A stretch of 52,946 bases of DNA from Candidatus Aminicenantales bacterium (GTDB lineage: Bacteria; Acidobacteriota; Aminicenantia; Aminicenantales; UBA4085). Position numbers and translations under genes: made by a program. Where the stretch lies: NCBI GenBank assembly GCA_049515535.1, contig JBEKTZ010000012.1:62001-114946 (forward strand), written 5' to 3'. Position 1 is the stretch's first letter, and each line of letters opens with the position of its first letter. Under the pieces are notes generated by a model, which ran no database searches, was not told the DNA's origin, and saw only the letters and a list, made by a program, of their open reading frames with translations. Positions 7,192 to 17,582 of the stretch are shown piece after piece.

Positions 7192-8666
7192 ACGCGCCAA
7201 CCAAGATTCTGGTCGTCGACGATGAGCTGGGGATCCGGGAGGGATGCCGCCGCGTCCTTGCCGAGGAAGGATACGACATCGACCTGGCCGAGGACGGGAC
7301 GGTCGGACTCCAAAGGGTCCAGGAGAAGTCCTACGACCTCATCCTGGTCGACCTCATGATGCCGGGCATCGGAGGCCTGGACCTGATCAAAAAGATCTAC
7401 GAGATCGACCCCGAGATCATCCTCGTCGTCATCACCGGGTATGCGACCATCGAGACGGCCGTCGAGGCGACCAAGCGGGGGGCCTATGACTATCTGCCGA
7501 AGCCCTTCACCCCGGAAGCCCTGGCCGTCCTGGTCAAGAGGGGGATCGAGAAACGGGAGCTGCGGCTCGAGGCCCAAAGACTCTACCACGAACGCGAGCA
7601 GAGGCTCCTCGAGCTGGCCGGCGAAAAGAGCCGTCTCCGCAGCATCATCGGCTGCATGGCCGACGGCGTTCTGGTCACCAACCTGGAGCGCCAATTGGTC
7701 CTGTGGAACGCCTCGGCCGTGAGGATGCTCAGGCTCAGCGGCACGGACGAGCTCGGGAAGGTTATGGACCATTACCTCAAAAACCGCGCCCTCATCGAAT
7801 CTCTTGACCGGATCCTGGGTTCGAAGGACGAAAACTTCTCGATGATCGGCCAGGAGATCCAGACGGATAACCCGAAGTCGGTGCTGATGGCCCAGATGGC
7901 CCCCGTCCGGGACGAACAAGGCCGACTCCTCGGGGCCGTCACGGTCATCCGGGACATCACGAAGCTTAAGGAGATCGAGACGATCAAGTCCCAGTTCGTC
8001 TCGATGGTCGCCCATGAGCTCCGCTCGCCGCTGGCGGCGATCGAAGGCTGGCTGGGTGTCGTGCTTTCCGGGGAAGCTGGCGGTGACGAGGAGCAGAGGC
8101 GGAAATGGCTGCTGCGCGCCAAAGAGCGGGCCAACTCCCTGCTGGCCCTCGTCCAGGACCTCCTGGAGATCAACAAGATCGAGGCCGGGAAGGTCGCCCA
8201 GAAAATGGAATCCGTCCAGGTGACCGACGTCATCGGCAAGATCGTCGAATTCTTCAAGCCCGAAGCCGAACGGCACCATGTCTCGCTCCAGATGAAGCCG
8301 TCCGTCCCGCTGCCGGCCATTCAGGCCGACATCCAGGACATGGAGAAGCTCTTTACCAACCTCGTCAGCAACGCCATCAAATACAACGTGGAGAATGGCT
8401 CCGTCTCGATCGAAACGTCCCTGGATGCCCATTTCGTCGGCATCCACATCCGCGATACGGGCGTCGGGATAGCCCCGGCCGACCTGCCGCGGATCTTCGA
8501 CGATTTCTTCCGGGTCGAGAACAAGAGGACGGACAGGATCAGCGGGACCGGCCTGGGGCTGACGATCGCCAAGAAGATCGTGGACTCCCACTTCGGCCAT
8601 ATCGAGGTCGAGAGCCGTCCGGACCGAGGAAGCACGTTCTCCGTGTACCTCCCTTACAAGAAATGA
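7188..8666 (+). CDS. REC-PAS-histidine kinase hybrid
   Basis: N-terminal REC (ILVVDDE, VDLMMP, ITGY, PKPF), PAS (MADGVLVTN..WNASA..RDIT), H-box AHELRSP, NAIKYN, DTGVGI, GTGLGL. Confidence 0.92.
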   Translation: MNAPTKILVVDDELGIREGCRRVLAEEGYDIDLAEDGTVGLQRVQEKSYDLILVDLMMPGIGGLDLIKKIYEIDPEIILVVITGYATIETAVEATKRGAYDYLPKPFTPEALAVLVKRGIEKRELRLEAQRLYHEREQRLLELAGEKSRLRSIIGCMADGVLVTNLERQLVLWNASAVRMLRLSGTDELGKVMDHYLKNRALIESLDRILGSKDENFSMIGQEIQTDNPKSVLMAQMAPVRDEQGRLLGAVTVIRDITKLKEIETIKSQFVSMVAHELRSPLAAIEGWLGVVLSGEAGGDEEQRRKWLLRAKERANSLLALVQDLLEINKIEAGKVAQKMESVQVTDVIGKIVEFFKPEAERHHVSLQMKPSVPLPAIQADIQDMEKLFTNLVSNAIKYNVENGSVSIETSLDAHFVGIHIRDTGVGIAPADLPRIFDDFFRVENKRTDRISGTGLGLTIAKKIVDSHFGHIEVESRPDRGSTFSVYLPYKK

Positions 8667-8688
8667 ACGAAAGGCGCAAAGAACGGAC

Positions 8689-10953
8689 ATGACTCCCGCC
8701 GCGGAACATCAGTTGAACGAGATCTTCAGAAAGGAGCGTCTGGCGCCGGGCATCGCTCTTTTCGAGGTCCATACGCCCCCCATCGCCCGGACCGTTCTGG
8801 CCGGCCAGTTCGTCGTCGTTCGCGCCGATGATTATGCGGAGCGGATCCCCTTGACCGTGGTCGACCGCAACCTCGAGAACGGGACGATCACCCTCATCGT
8901 CCAGATCGTCGGCCTGTCCACGCGAAAAATGGAACAGCTTCAGGTCGGAGACACGTTTCTCGACGTCATCGGACCTCTCGGCAAGCCGACGGAGGTCCGT
9001 AAGGCCGGAACCGTCGTCTGCATCGGCGGGGGCGTCGGCGTCGCGCCCGTCTACCCCATCACCAAGGCCTTCCGTGAGTCCGGCAACCGGATCATCTCCA
9101 TCATCGGCGCCCGGAACAAGGAGATGATCATCCTGGAAAAGGAGATGCGGGCCGTAAGCGATGAGCTTTTCGTGACCACGGACGACGGCACCGCCGGCCG
9201 CCACGGGTTCGTGACCGACGAGCTCCGGCGGCTCGTTGCCGAAAAAGTGCCGATCGACCTCGTGGTTGCCATCGGTCCCGGAATCATGATGAAGGCCGTG
9301 TGCGATTTGACCAGGAAAAGCGGCGTCTCGACGATCGTCAGCCTGAACTCCCTGATGGTGGACGGGACGGGAATGTGCGGCAGCTGCCGGATCACCGTGG
9401 GCGACCAGATGAAATTCGTCTGCGTCGACGGCCCCGAGTTCGACGGCCACCTTGTGGATTTCCAGGAACTCCTCAAGCGCTCGGAAATGTACAAGCGCGA
9501 GGAGCATCGGGCCATATGGGACCATGAGTGCCGGCTCTCGGCCGCCGAGAAAATGCTGGAAAAGGCCAACAAGCGGGAGGCCATGCCGAAGCAGGACCCC
9601 AAGTTTCGGGTCCAAAACTTCAACGAGGTCGCCCTGGGCTACACCAAGGAGCGGGCTATGCGCGAAGCCTCGCGCTGCCTCGCTTGCAAGAAGTCGCCCT
9701 GTATAGCCGGATGCCCCGTCGATATCGACATCCCGGGTTTCATCGCGCTCATGCGGCAGGGCGATTTCATCGGGGCCATCCACAAGATCAAGGAGAAAAA
9801 CAGCCTGCCGGCCATCTGCGGACGCGTCTGTCCGCAGGAGGTCCAGTGCGAAGCCTTGTGCGTCCTGTCCAAGAAAGGCCAGCCCATCGCCATCGGCCGC
9901 CTGGAACGATTCGTGGCCGACTACGAGTTCCAGCAAGGCGACATCCGGATGCCGAAGTGCCCAAACCCGACGGGGAAGAAGGTCGCCGTCATCGGGGCCG
10001 GCCCGGCGGGCCTGACGGCGGCCAGCGACCTCATCAAAATGGGGCACGGCGTCACGGTCTTCGAGGCCCTTCACAGGCCGGGCGGCGTCCTGGTCTACGG
10101 CATTCCCGAGTTCCGTCTGCCCAAATGGATCGTCCAGCGCGAGAGCGAATATATCGCCAAGCTGGGAGCCGAGATCCGGGTCAGCCAGGTCGTTGGGACA
10201 TCCTTCACCATCGACGACCTTCTCAAGAACGGCTATGACGCTGTGTTCATCGGGACCGGCGCCGGCCTGCCGCACTTCATGAAGATCCCCGGCGAGAACC
10301 TCAACGGGGTCTACTCGGCCAACGAGTTCCTCACCCGGGTGAACCTCATGAAGGCCTACCTGTTTCCCGAATTCCATACGCCCGTCCACTATGGGCGCAA
10401 CATCGCTGTCGTGGGCGGCGGCAACGTGGCCATGGATTCCGCCCGGACCTCGCTCCGCCTGGGGGCCGAGAACGTCTATCTGATCTACCGCCGGGCGAGA
10501 GAGCAGATGCCGGCCCGCGAGGAAGAGATCGAGAACGCCTTCGAGGAGGGCGTCCAGCCGCGCCTGCTGACGACACCCATTCGCATCCCGGGGAACGAGC
10601 GGGGCTGGGTGAAGGGGATCGAGTGCCTCGAGATGGAGCTGGGCGAGCCCGACGAATCGGGCCGCCGGCGGCCCATCCCCAAGAAAGGCTCGGAACACGT
10701 CATCGATGTCGATATGGTCATCATGGCCATCGGTCAGGGTGCCAATCCCTTGCTGACCTCGGCGACACCCGATTTGGCGCTCACCAAGAACGGGAACATC
10801 GTCGCCGACGAGGCCACGGGCAAGACCTCGAAAAAGGGCGTCTTTGCCGGCGGCGATATCGTCACGGGCGCAGCCACGGTCATCTCGGCCATGGGCGCGG
10901 GCAGAAAAGCGGCTAAGGCGATCGATGAGTATTTGAAAAACGGTCAGTGGTGA
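8689..10953 (+). CDS. nfnAB: Fused NfnA-NfnB electron-bifurcating NADH-dependent ferredoxin:NADP+ oxidoreductase (PyrK-like + GltD-like)
   Basis: NfnA-like ERIPLT, GPLG, GGGVG, MVDGTGMCGSC..CVDGPEFD; NfnB-like RCLACKKSPCIAGCP, ICGRVCPQEVQCE, GAGPAG, YGIPEFRLP, GGGNVAMD, YRR, GGDIVTG. Confidence 0.9.
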   Translation: MTPAAEHQLNEIFRKERLAPGIALFEVHTPPIARTVLAGQFVVVRADDYAERIPLTVVDRNLENGTITLIVQIVGLSTRKMEQLQVGDTFLDVIGPLGKPTEVRKAGTVVCIGGGVGVAPVYPITKAFRESGNRIISIIGARNKEMIILEKEMRAVSDELFVTTDDGTAGRHGFVTDELRRLVAEKVPIDLVVAIGPGIMMKAVCDLTRKSGVSTIVSLNSLMVDGTGMCGSCRITVGDQMKFVCVDGPEFDGHLVDFQELLKRSEMYKREEHRAIWDHECRLSAAEKMLEKANKREAMPKQDPKFRVQNFNEVALGYTKERAMREASRCLACKKSPCIAGCPVDIDIPGFIALMRQGDFIGAIHKIKEKNSLPAICGRVCPQEVQCEALCVLSKKGQPIAIGRLERFVADYEFQQGDIRMPKCPNPTGKKVAVIGAGPAGLTAASDLIKMGHGVTVFEALHRPGGVLVYGIPEFRLPKWIVQRESEYIAKLGAEIRVSQVVGTSFTIDDLLKNGYDAVFIGTGAGLPHFMKIPGENLNGVYSANEFLTRVNLMKAYLFPEFHTPVHYGRNIAVVGGGNVAMDSARTSLRLGAENVYLIYRRAREQMPAREEEIENAFEEGVQPRLLTTPIRIPGNERGWVKGIECLEMELGEPDESGRRRPIPKKGSEHVIDVDMVIMAIGQGANPLLTSATPDLALTKNGNIVADEATGKTSKKGVFAGGDIVTGAATVISAMGAGRKAAKAIDEYLKNGQW

Positions 10954-11074
10954 ACGCGAGCGCCAAGCCTATTTTTTAGCCTGGTCCGCGTCGACACCTG
11001 CTTCAGGCGGCCGAGCCGGGGCCTGCCGGCCATTCGCGGGGGGCGCGCGTCTTGCCTGCCGTCCGCCCTCATAT

Positions 11075-11217
11075 TCAGGGATTTGCTTTTTCGCGCTCCG
11101 CGACATTCCTTCCTAAAAAGCTCGGAATCAATACCTCTCATCGCGTAAAGATGATAATTCCGGCTGCGGATCGAAGTCAAGAACACGAAGATGGCGGCGA
11201 AGGAGGCCCTCCGGCCG
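11075..11217 (-). mobile_element. 3' (oriIS-side) end of an IS91-family element, with an outward-facing promoter-like motif
   Basis: Lies downstream of the transposase remnant; aligns by eye with 17583..17726(+) and 15610..15654(+); ends GAAAAAGCAAATCC; contains TTGACT-N18-TATCAT. Confidence 0.7.
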
Positions 11218-11290
11218 TATCATCATCGCGAACGACCGGAAAATCGCCCGAAAGATGCAAAACCTCTCCCCCCTCATGAAATCGCTGACC

Positions 11291-12020
11291 TCAAAAATAC
11301 TCCGCCGGCTCTTCGGCCGCCATCAGGGCGACCTGCTCGATGACGCGCGACAGCGGCGGCTTCTCCGCCACAAACGTCAGCTTCAGGTGATCGATGATCC
11401 GGTCCACGGCGGCATAATCCGTGATGAAGGCAACGACTTTCATCTGACCGCCACATTTGGGACAGACCATCGGATCGACCTCGTAGACCTTCCGGATCAT
11501 GGCCGCCCAGCCCTTGGAAAGGACGGGCTTCCGATCCTCCTCGCTCATCCGCAACGTTAAAGGAGAAACGACCGCCTTCCGCACCTTTCCCCGGTGGGCA
11601 TTGGCATAAAGCCCATATTAACGAACCATGACCTGCCTCTTGTCGGGGATATGCGAAGTCACCCGGGCGATGAACTCCAGATAATCCATTGTCTCCTGCT
11701 CGGAGCGGTCTTGTCCATATCGGTAACCGACCTTGCCCTCGGCCTCCATAAACGAGAGCTTCTCCAAGGACAGACAACACCGTCCTGATCATGTACTTCC
11801 CCACCCGTTTGGCCTCGGGCTTCGTCTTGGCCCGGACCCGGCCGTGGACCGAAAATCCGGTATGCCGCCAGGACAACAACCGCTCGGCCCATTCCGAGCC
11901 CAGCAGCTCCCACCGACAAGAAATCGCAAGACCTCCCGAGCGAAGACCTCGGCCAGCCCATCGTCGTCAAACGAGCTCATCCTCTGGAAAACGCCCGCTT
12001 CGTCCACCCCGCCCTCCGGG
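11291..12020 (-). pseudogene. IS91-family (Y2/HUH) transposase, C-terminal half, frameshifted
   Basis: Pieces in three frames: LAEVFAREVL..; SWRHTGFSVH..GKYMIR; LSLERL..DYLEFIARVTSHIPDK..VR*YGLYAN; WAAMIRKVYEVDPMVCPKCGGQMKVVAFI. Confidence 0.85.
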
Positions 12021-12749
12021 CTATCGTTTAACGGCGATGAGCACGCCGCACCGAACCGGAGAGAATCGCAGCGGAAACCTGAGGCGTGGAAACAGGGTTT
12101 GGCTGGCGACGCTCATCCGGCCCCAGGGGATGGCCACGAATTTCTCCGGAGTCAGCCCGCAGGCCTCGGCCAGGCGCATGAGCCGGGCCACAGAGAAAAA
12201 GAATAGGGTGGGTTTGGCGGCCGCCCGAAGGGCTCGGTATGAAAGAGGATAAAGGGCGCGCTGGAGGAGCTCGAAGGCAGGGCAGGCGAACGAGTCCACG
12301 AGGAACACCTTGCCGCCTCGACGAAGGACGCGGGCCGATTCTTTGAGGGCCCGCCGGACGTTCGCTTCGAACGGCTCACTCGGCGAGCTCGTGAGATAGT
12401 GAAGGACGTATTGAACAATGACGCGGTCCCCGACGTCGCTCCGTAGCGGTATCGCCCGAATGTCTCCGGCCAGGGGAATCACGTTCTTGGGGGGGGCGCA
12501 CCGGAGGGATTCCAGGGTGTAATCGACGGAGAGGACGGTGCGCGAGGGATTGGACTCGAAATCGGGAACACCGGCCGAGCCGATGTCGACGACGAGTCCC
12601 CGGAGGTCGGGCTCGATCACGCGTTTGATCCGGTCGTGGATGTCGGCGACGTCCTCGCGGCCAAACGATTCCTGATAGATATCGCTGACCTTCCGGAAGT
12701 GAACGCGAGCCGCCCTTTCCCCGTCTCCGGCCGCGTGGTCCGTCGTCAT
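12021..12749 (-). CDS. Class I SAM-dependent methyltransferase
   Basis: VVDIGSAG, AGDIRAIPL, YVLHYL, LKESARVLRRGG; ATG at 12749 is just downstream of TATACT (probably leaderless); ORF track extends to 12815. Confidence 0.75.
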   Translation of the reverse strand: MTTDHAAGDGERAARVHFRKVSDIYQESFGREDVADIHDRIKRVIEPDLRGLVVDIGSAGVPDFESNPSRTVLSVDYTLESLRCAPPKNVIPLAGDIRAIPLRSDVGDRVIVQYVLHYLTSSPSEPFEANVRRALKESARVLRRGGKVFLVDSFACPAFELLQRALYPLSYRALRAAAKPTLFFFSVARLMRLAEACGLTPEKFVAIPWGRMSVASQTLFPRLRFPLRFSPVRCGVLIAVKR

Positions 12750-12962
12750 CGGCCCGAGTATAATATAAGCGTTCCGGCAAAAGCAATGCTCGATCCCGAG
12801 CTGGGAATAGGGCAAGGCATGTCCCGGCGACGGAGGCCGTCAGCGGGCCAAAGCCCGGCGGTCGGTGATCCGGAGGCGGCGTTCGCCGACGGCAATAGTC
12901 GGGAAGGGAGGCGGCCACGACGTCGCCGACGACGCTCCCGCGGCTGATCGTCACCCCGTCGA

Positions 12963-13100
12963 GCCGGTGTTACGGCCCACTATAGCGCATTTGGGATCGA
13001 CGTTCGGGTGAAATATAGCTCTATCATGGTGAAACCGCTGGAGTACGAGGTCGACCTCGGCGGATGGACGTTCTGCCTCGGCGCGGGTTTCGTATTCTGA
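12963..13100 (+). pseudogene. C-terminal remnant of an outer-membrane beta-barrel protein
   Basis: Translated by hand: AGVTAHYSAFGIDVRVKYSSIMVKPLEYEVDLGGWTFCLGAGFVF*; amphipathic strands and terminal aromatic signature; in-frame TGA at 12945. Confidence 0.5.
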
Positions 13101-13176
13101 AATCCGTGTTCTGTCGTTTTATTTAATCCCTTGACCCGTTCAAAGGAACCGGCCGATTTCTTTGTCTAAATTTATC

Positions 13177-15489
13177 ATGCAGGAAGAATTCTGTGTCGAA
13201 AAACGCGGACGAGGATTTCTGCGCAAAGTCCTAAGTCGACGGCCTGATTTCTCTGTTTTGGGAATAATGTCCGTTTCCTTTCTCTTGAATTTCTTGAGGA
13301 TCGGCCGAGAGGGTTTCGGCGATAAATACTATGCCGCCGCCGTTAGAAGCATGCTGGCGAGCTGGCACAATTTCTTCTTCGCCTCGTTTGACCCCGGCGG
13401 ATTCGTCACCGTCGATAAACCTGCGGCAGGGTTATGGGTGCAGACCTTGAGCGCGGCGATTTTTGGTTTCAAAGGCTGGGCCATCATCCTTCCCCAAGCC
13501 CTCGCGGGGGCCTTGTCCGTCGGCGTCCTTTATGCCCTCGTCAAAAAAGTGTACGGCCGAACCGCGGGTCTCGTCGGAGGCTTCGTTCTGGCCGTCACAC
13601 CGATCACGGTTGCGGCGAGCCGGACAAACCAGCTCGACGTCCTCCTGGTCGCCATCCTTTTGGCCGCGGCCTGGGCGATCACGAACGCCGTGGAACGGTC
13701 GAGCCTGGGCTGGCTTTTAGCCGCGATGGCCTTCGTCGGGATGGGATTCAACGTCAAAATGTTGGCCGCCTACACGGTCCTTCCCGCCATCGTCGTGTTG
13801 TATTTTTTCGGCGTCCGTTTGAAATTCTGGAAAAAGATCCGGCATCTGGCGCTGGCCGGAGTCGTTCTTTTGGCGGTTTCGCTTTCTTGGGCGTTGATCG
13901 TCGATACGACTCCCGAGGACGTACGGCCGTATGTGGACAGCAGTAAAAACAATTCCGTAATCGAACTGGCCGTGGACTGGAACGGGATCAACAGGCTGAT
14001 TCCGCAGTGGCTGCGGCGGGGACGCCCCGGTTTTCCAAGAGGCGGGGGCCTCGGATTCCGACCGATTAATCCGGCAAACTCGAAACCTCAAGCGAACGCG
14101 CCGGCTCCGTCGGCAAAACCGGCGGCCGCCCCTCAAGGCGTCCCATCCGGTACCGGCTCGAAAATCAACGCTCCACTGCTGAAGCCGTCGATCACGGGCG
14201 GCGGGCCGGGAGGTGGAGGATTCGCAAACGAAACGGGGCAGGCTGGAGTCCTTCGGTTGTTCGGACGCCAACTCGGAGGACAAATCGGCTGGCTGATCGT
14301 CTTCGGGCTCTGCGGAGTCGGCGTTGCCGTATCAAAAATGAAACGGCCGCTCTTCAAAGACCCGAAATCACGCGCCGTCCTCCTCTGGTCCGTCTGGTTT
14401 TTCTCGATGGCGGTCTATTTCAGCACGTCCGGCTTTTTCCATCGCTATTATCTAGTGTTGATCGCGCCGTCGATCGCCGCGCTATGCGGGATCGCGGTCG
14501 TCGAATTGCGTGATAGCTGGCACCAAAGAGGATTCCGCAGAGGGGTCTTGCCCGCGGTCATTCTCGCCACGGCGGCCGTCCAAATAATGATTCTTCGTCC
14601 TTATCAAGCATGGGCAAAAAACCTGATCCCAGTCATTGCGGTCCTCAGCCTGACAGCGGCCGGCCTGTTGATTGCCCTCAGAGCCAAGGGAGTCACGAAG
14701 CCGGCCCTCGAAAAAACCGGATTGGCGGTCGGCTTCGCGAGTTTGATCCTCGCTCCTTTCGCTTGGGCGGTCACGCCGCTGATCTACGGCGGTGTTCCGT
14801 CGATGCCTTTTGCGGGTCCTGAACTCGCGAGCCGATACGCGAACGGCGCCGGGACGAATGCTCCGGCCCCGATGATGAGGCCGGGGGCGATGAACGAAGG
14901 ATTTCGGACGGAGAAGCTTATCGAGTTCTTGCGAAAAAACCGAAAGAATGAAAAGTTCCTCGTAGCCGTGCCCAACGCCCGCGAAGCATGGGATATCATT
15001 CTGGAAACGGGCGCTCCGGTCATTGCCATGGGTGGATTCCTGGGTTCGGACAAGATCCTGACCCCGGAGAAAGTCGACCGGATGGTCAAGAACGGCGAAG
15101 TCCGGTACTTCCTCGTCAGGGTTTTTCCGGCCGCGGCGGCCGGCCTCAGGCCGATTCAGCTGGCGGCCTGGAGCTTGCGCGGGCTGGGGATCGTTTTCAA
15201 TATCATTCCGGGAACGGGGCTGGGATCCGGACCAGCCTTGGGTATGGGAGTGGGTCTGCGCGGCGGAAGGGACGCGCAGCTCGAGGTCGAGAGATGGATC
15301 GAGAAAAATGGAACGCCCGTCCCCGACGAAGCCTGGAGGGACGATGCGGGCTCCGCCCGAGTCAAACCTCCTGCCCTGGGCCAATTCCGGTCGGGGAATC
15401 CCGGGCAGCGTCCTCTGCCGGCGGCGATGCGCAACGCACTGAAGCTCTATGATTTACGGCCGGAAACCAAAGTGGGACCGGCCAAATAA
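13177..15489 (+). CDS. Glycosyltransferase family 39 (ArnT/PMT-like, YkcB/YycA type) membrane protein
   Basis: YYAAAVRSM..WHNFFFASFDPGGFVTVDKP, GFNVKML, RPYV.SS.NNS, FHRYY, PVIAMGGF.GSD; many TM segments; Gly/Pro-rich loops. Confidence 0.88.
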   Translation: MQEEFCVEKRGRGFLRKVLSRRPDFSVLGIMSVSFLLNFLRIGREGFGDKYYAAAVRSMLASWHNFFFASFDPGGFVTVDKPAAGLWVQTLSAAIFGFKGWAIILPQALAGALSVGVLYALVKKVYGRTAGLVGGFVLAVTPITVAASRTNQLDVLLVAILLAAAWAITNAVERSSLGWLLAAMAFVGMGFNVKMLAAYTVLPAIVVLYFFGVRLKFWKKIRHLALAGVVLLAVSLSWALIVDTTPEDVRPYVDSSKNNSVIELAVDWNGINRLIPQWLRRGRPGFPRGGGLGFRPINPANSKPQANAPAPSAKPAAAPQGVPSGTGSKINAPLLKPSITGGGPGGGGFANETGQAGVLRLFGRQLGGQIGWLIVFGLCGVGVAVSKMKRPLFKDPKSRAVLLWSVWFFSMAVYFSTSGFFHRYYLVLIAPSIAALCGIAVVELRDSWHQRGFRRGVLPAVILATAAVQIMILRPYQAWAKNLIPVIAVLSLTAAGLLIALRAKGVTKPALEKTGLAVGFASLILAPFAWAVTPLIYGGVPSMPFAGPELASRYANGAGTNAPAPMMRPGAMNEGFRTEKLIEFLRKNRKNEKFLVAVPNAREAWDIILETGAPVIAMGGFLGSDKILTPEKVDRMVKNGEVRYFLVRVFPAAAAGLRPIQLAAWSLRGLGIVFNIIPGTGLGSGPALGMGVGLRGGRDAQLEVERWIEKNGTPVPDEAWRDDAGSARVKPPALGQFRSGNPGQRPLPAAMRNALKLYDLRPETKVGPAK

Positions 15490-15609
15490 ATTCCCCCCGC
15501 CCTTTTTCCGTTGGGCGATGGTCCTTTTTTGACATTCCCCAACCCCTATGCTAGGGGATATTGCTGGCCGCCGATCAATGTCAAGAACAAGAAAATTGCG
15601 CGGAACCAA

Positions 15610-15654
15610 CCGCGTCCGGGATTATCCTTTTTTGTGATGGGGAGCGTCGATTCC
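15610..15654 (+). mobile_element. Short degenerate copy of the IS91-like 3' end
   Basis: CCGCGTCCGGGATTATCC..TTTGTGATGGGGAGCGTCGATTCC vs CCGCAGCCGGGATTATCTTCTTTTCGTGATGGGGAGCCTCGATTCC at 17631. Confidence 0.7.
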
Positions 15655-15753
15655 ACGCCATCCCCCTCGCCGCGCCCTTTTTCCGGATCGACTAACTCAA
15701 CATCAACACATTCGATCCGGATTTCGGGACCAAGGGGGATTTGGCCCCGTCAT

Positions 15754-16524
15754 TCAGGACAGGATTTTTCGGAAACTCAAACTGGCGAGGACGATCATCG
15801 CCGTCGTCGCGACAAGGAGGGCGAGGATGTCTTTTCCGAGCGAGCTGAAATCGCTCGTGACGAGGAGCGCCCGCATCGCGTCAACGACGTAGCTCAGAGG
15901 GTTGACGACGGCGATCGCCCTCAACCAGCCGGGCATCAACGAAATGGGATAAATCGCGTTACTGGCGAAGAAAAGCGGCATGGTGATCGCCTGGCCGATT
16001 CCCATCATCCGTTCCCGCGTCCGGAAGATCGGGGCGAGCGACATGCTTAGGCTCGCGAAACACATCCCGAACAGGATGATGATGATGAAGACGCCCAGGA
16101 CCGTCCAGAGGGTGAGCGTCAGATGGATGCGGATGATGAGGGCGATGCCCAGAACGGCCGTCGCCTGGAAGATCCCCCGCACGCCCGCGGACAGGGCTTT
16201 TCCCAGGACGATGGCCGAGCGCGGGACGGGCGTCGAGAGGAGTTTGTTCAAGATCCCCAGGTCGCGCTCCCAGACAACCGTGATGCCGTAGAAGATGGCC
16301 ACGAACATGACCGACTGGGCGAGGATGCCGGGCGTCATGAACTGGCGGTAGGAATAAGGTCCGGTCGTGATCCCCCGGACCTGGCTGAACACGGTCCCGA
16401 AAATCAGGAGCCAGAGCGCCGGCTGGACCAGCCTCAGCCAGATCTGGGACGTGTCGTGCCGGATTTTTCTCAATTCGAACTCAGCCAGCGTGAGCGCGCT
16501 CTGAAGATAGCGTTTCAGGTTCAT
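15754..16524 (-). CDS. ABC-2 type exporter permease (DrrB-like)
   Basis: QPALWLLIFG, PGILAQS, ERDLG.L..LL.TP, NPLSYVVDAMR; 6 TM pattern. Confidence 0.9.
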   Translation of the reverse strand: MNLKRYLQSALTLAEFELRKIRHDTSQIWLRLVQPALWLLIFGTVFSQVRGITTGPYSYRQFMTPGILAQSVMFVAIFYGITVVWERDLGILNKLLSTPVPRSAIVLGKALSAGVRGIFQATAVLGIALIIRIHLTLTLWTVLGVFIIIILFGMCFASLSMSLAPIFRTRERMMGIGQAITMPLFFASNAIYPISLMPGWLRAIAVVNPLSYVVDAMRALLVTSDFSSLGKDILALLVATTAMIVLASLSFRKILS

Positions 16525-17513
16525 TTCACCATTCTCCTGAAGGTGCGCCGCGTCCGGCGGGCCTCTTTCCAGGAGTCCCCGGCCTCGATCCGGGTCCCCG
16601 TATATTTGAGGAAGACGTCGTCGAGCGAGGGTTTTTTCAGGGAGACGGCCTCGACCTCGACGCCGCGCGCTTTAAGCGATTCCAGGATGTGCGGAATCAA
16701 ATGCTCGCCGTTCGTGACGAGGATGTCCACGCGTTCCGCGTGCGATCCGGAGAGGGGCGGATATCCGAGCGCCTTGACGTGTTCGGCAAAGCCGGCCGCC
16801 TTGGAATCGAAGGAGAGAATATCCCCGCCCACCGTAGCTTTGAGCTCGGTAGGGGACCCGATCGTCTCGAGCCGGCCCTTGGTGAGGATCCCGATGCGGT
16901 CGCAGAGCTCATCCGCTTCGTTCATATCGTGGGTGTTGATGAAAACGATCGTCCCGAACTCGTCCCGCAGTTTCCGGATCAAGCCCCAGATGACCTTTTT
17001 GGCCCCGGGGTCAAGGCCGATGCTTGGCTCGTCCAGGAAGAGGAGCTTGGGCCGGTTGACCAGCGCTTGAGCGATTTCGAGCCGGCGCATCATTCCCCCG
17101 GAATAGGTATTGACCATTTCGCCGGCCCGGTCGCGAAGGTCAAGAAGGCCGAGGATATCGTCGATAGCGCCCCTGCGGCCCCGATGCGGCAGGCCATAGA
17201 GCTTGGAATACATGAGGATGTTTTCGAATCCGGTGAGTTCCCCGTCCACCGAGACGTCCTGCGGCACGTATCCGGAGAGCTGCCGAATTTTTCCGGGGTG
17301 GGCGAGGGAGTCGATCCCCATGACGCTCATCCGCCCGGACGTCGGCCGGATGAGCATCAGCAGGAGGCGAATCGTCGTCGTCTTTCCGGCCCCATTGGGA
17401 CCGAGCAGTCCGAAGATCTCTTTTCGCTCGACCTCGAACGAAATGTTATCCACCGCCCGGACGCGGGGATAGTCCTTCGTCAGGCCCCGGACGACGATCT
17501 CGGTCTCAGCCAA
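16521..17513 (-). CDS. ABC exporter ATP-binding protein (DrrA-like)
   Basis: GPNGAGKTT, YSGGMMRRL, LFLDEP, THDMNEA, PSLDDVFL; TTG start with GAGGTGG RBS. Confidence 0.92.
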   Translation of the reverse strand: MAETEIVVRGLTKDYPRVRAVDNISFEVERKEIFGLLGPNGAGKTTTIRLLLMLIRPTSGRMSVMGIDSLAHPGKIRQLSGYVPQDVSVDGELTGFENILMYSKLYGLPHRGRRGAIDDILGLLDLRDRAGEMVNTYSGGMMRRLEIAQALVNRPKLLFLDEPSIGLDPGAKKVIWGLIRKLRDEFGTIVFINTHDMNEADELCDRIGILTKGRLETIGSPTELKATVGGDILSFDSKAAGFAEHVKALGYPPLSGSHAERVDILVTNGEHLIPHILESLKARGVEVEAVSLKKPSLDDVFLKYTGTRIEAGDSWKEARRTRRTFRRMVK

Positions 17514-17582
17514 AATTCCACCTCGATGTTCGAAACGGAAGAATAAAGATATTTTTATACCAACGGCAAAGAATCGTCAACA

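Noticed and set aside
4650..10698. Long minus-strand ORFs (482, 607, 719 aa)
   Set aside because: Antisense shadows of GC-rich genes that have clear motifs on the plus strand
8689..10953. Glutamate synthase small subunit or dihydroorotate dehydrogenase electron-transfer subunit
   Set aside because: No gltB or pyrD adjacent; a PyrK-like + GltD-like fusion fits NfnAB better
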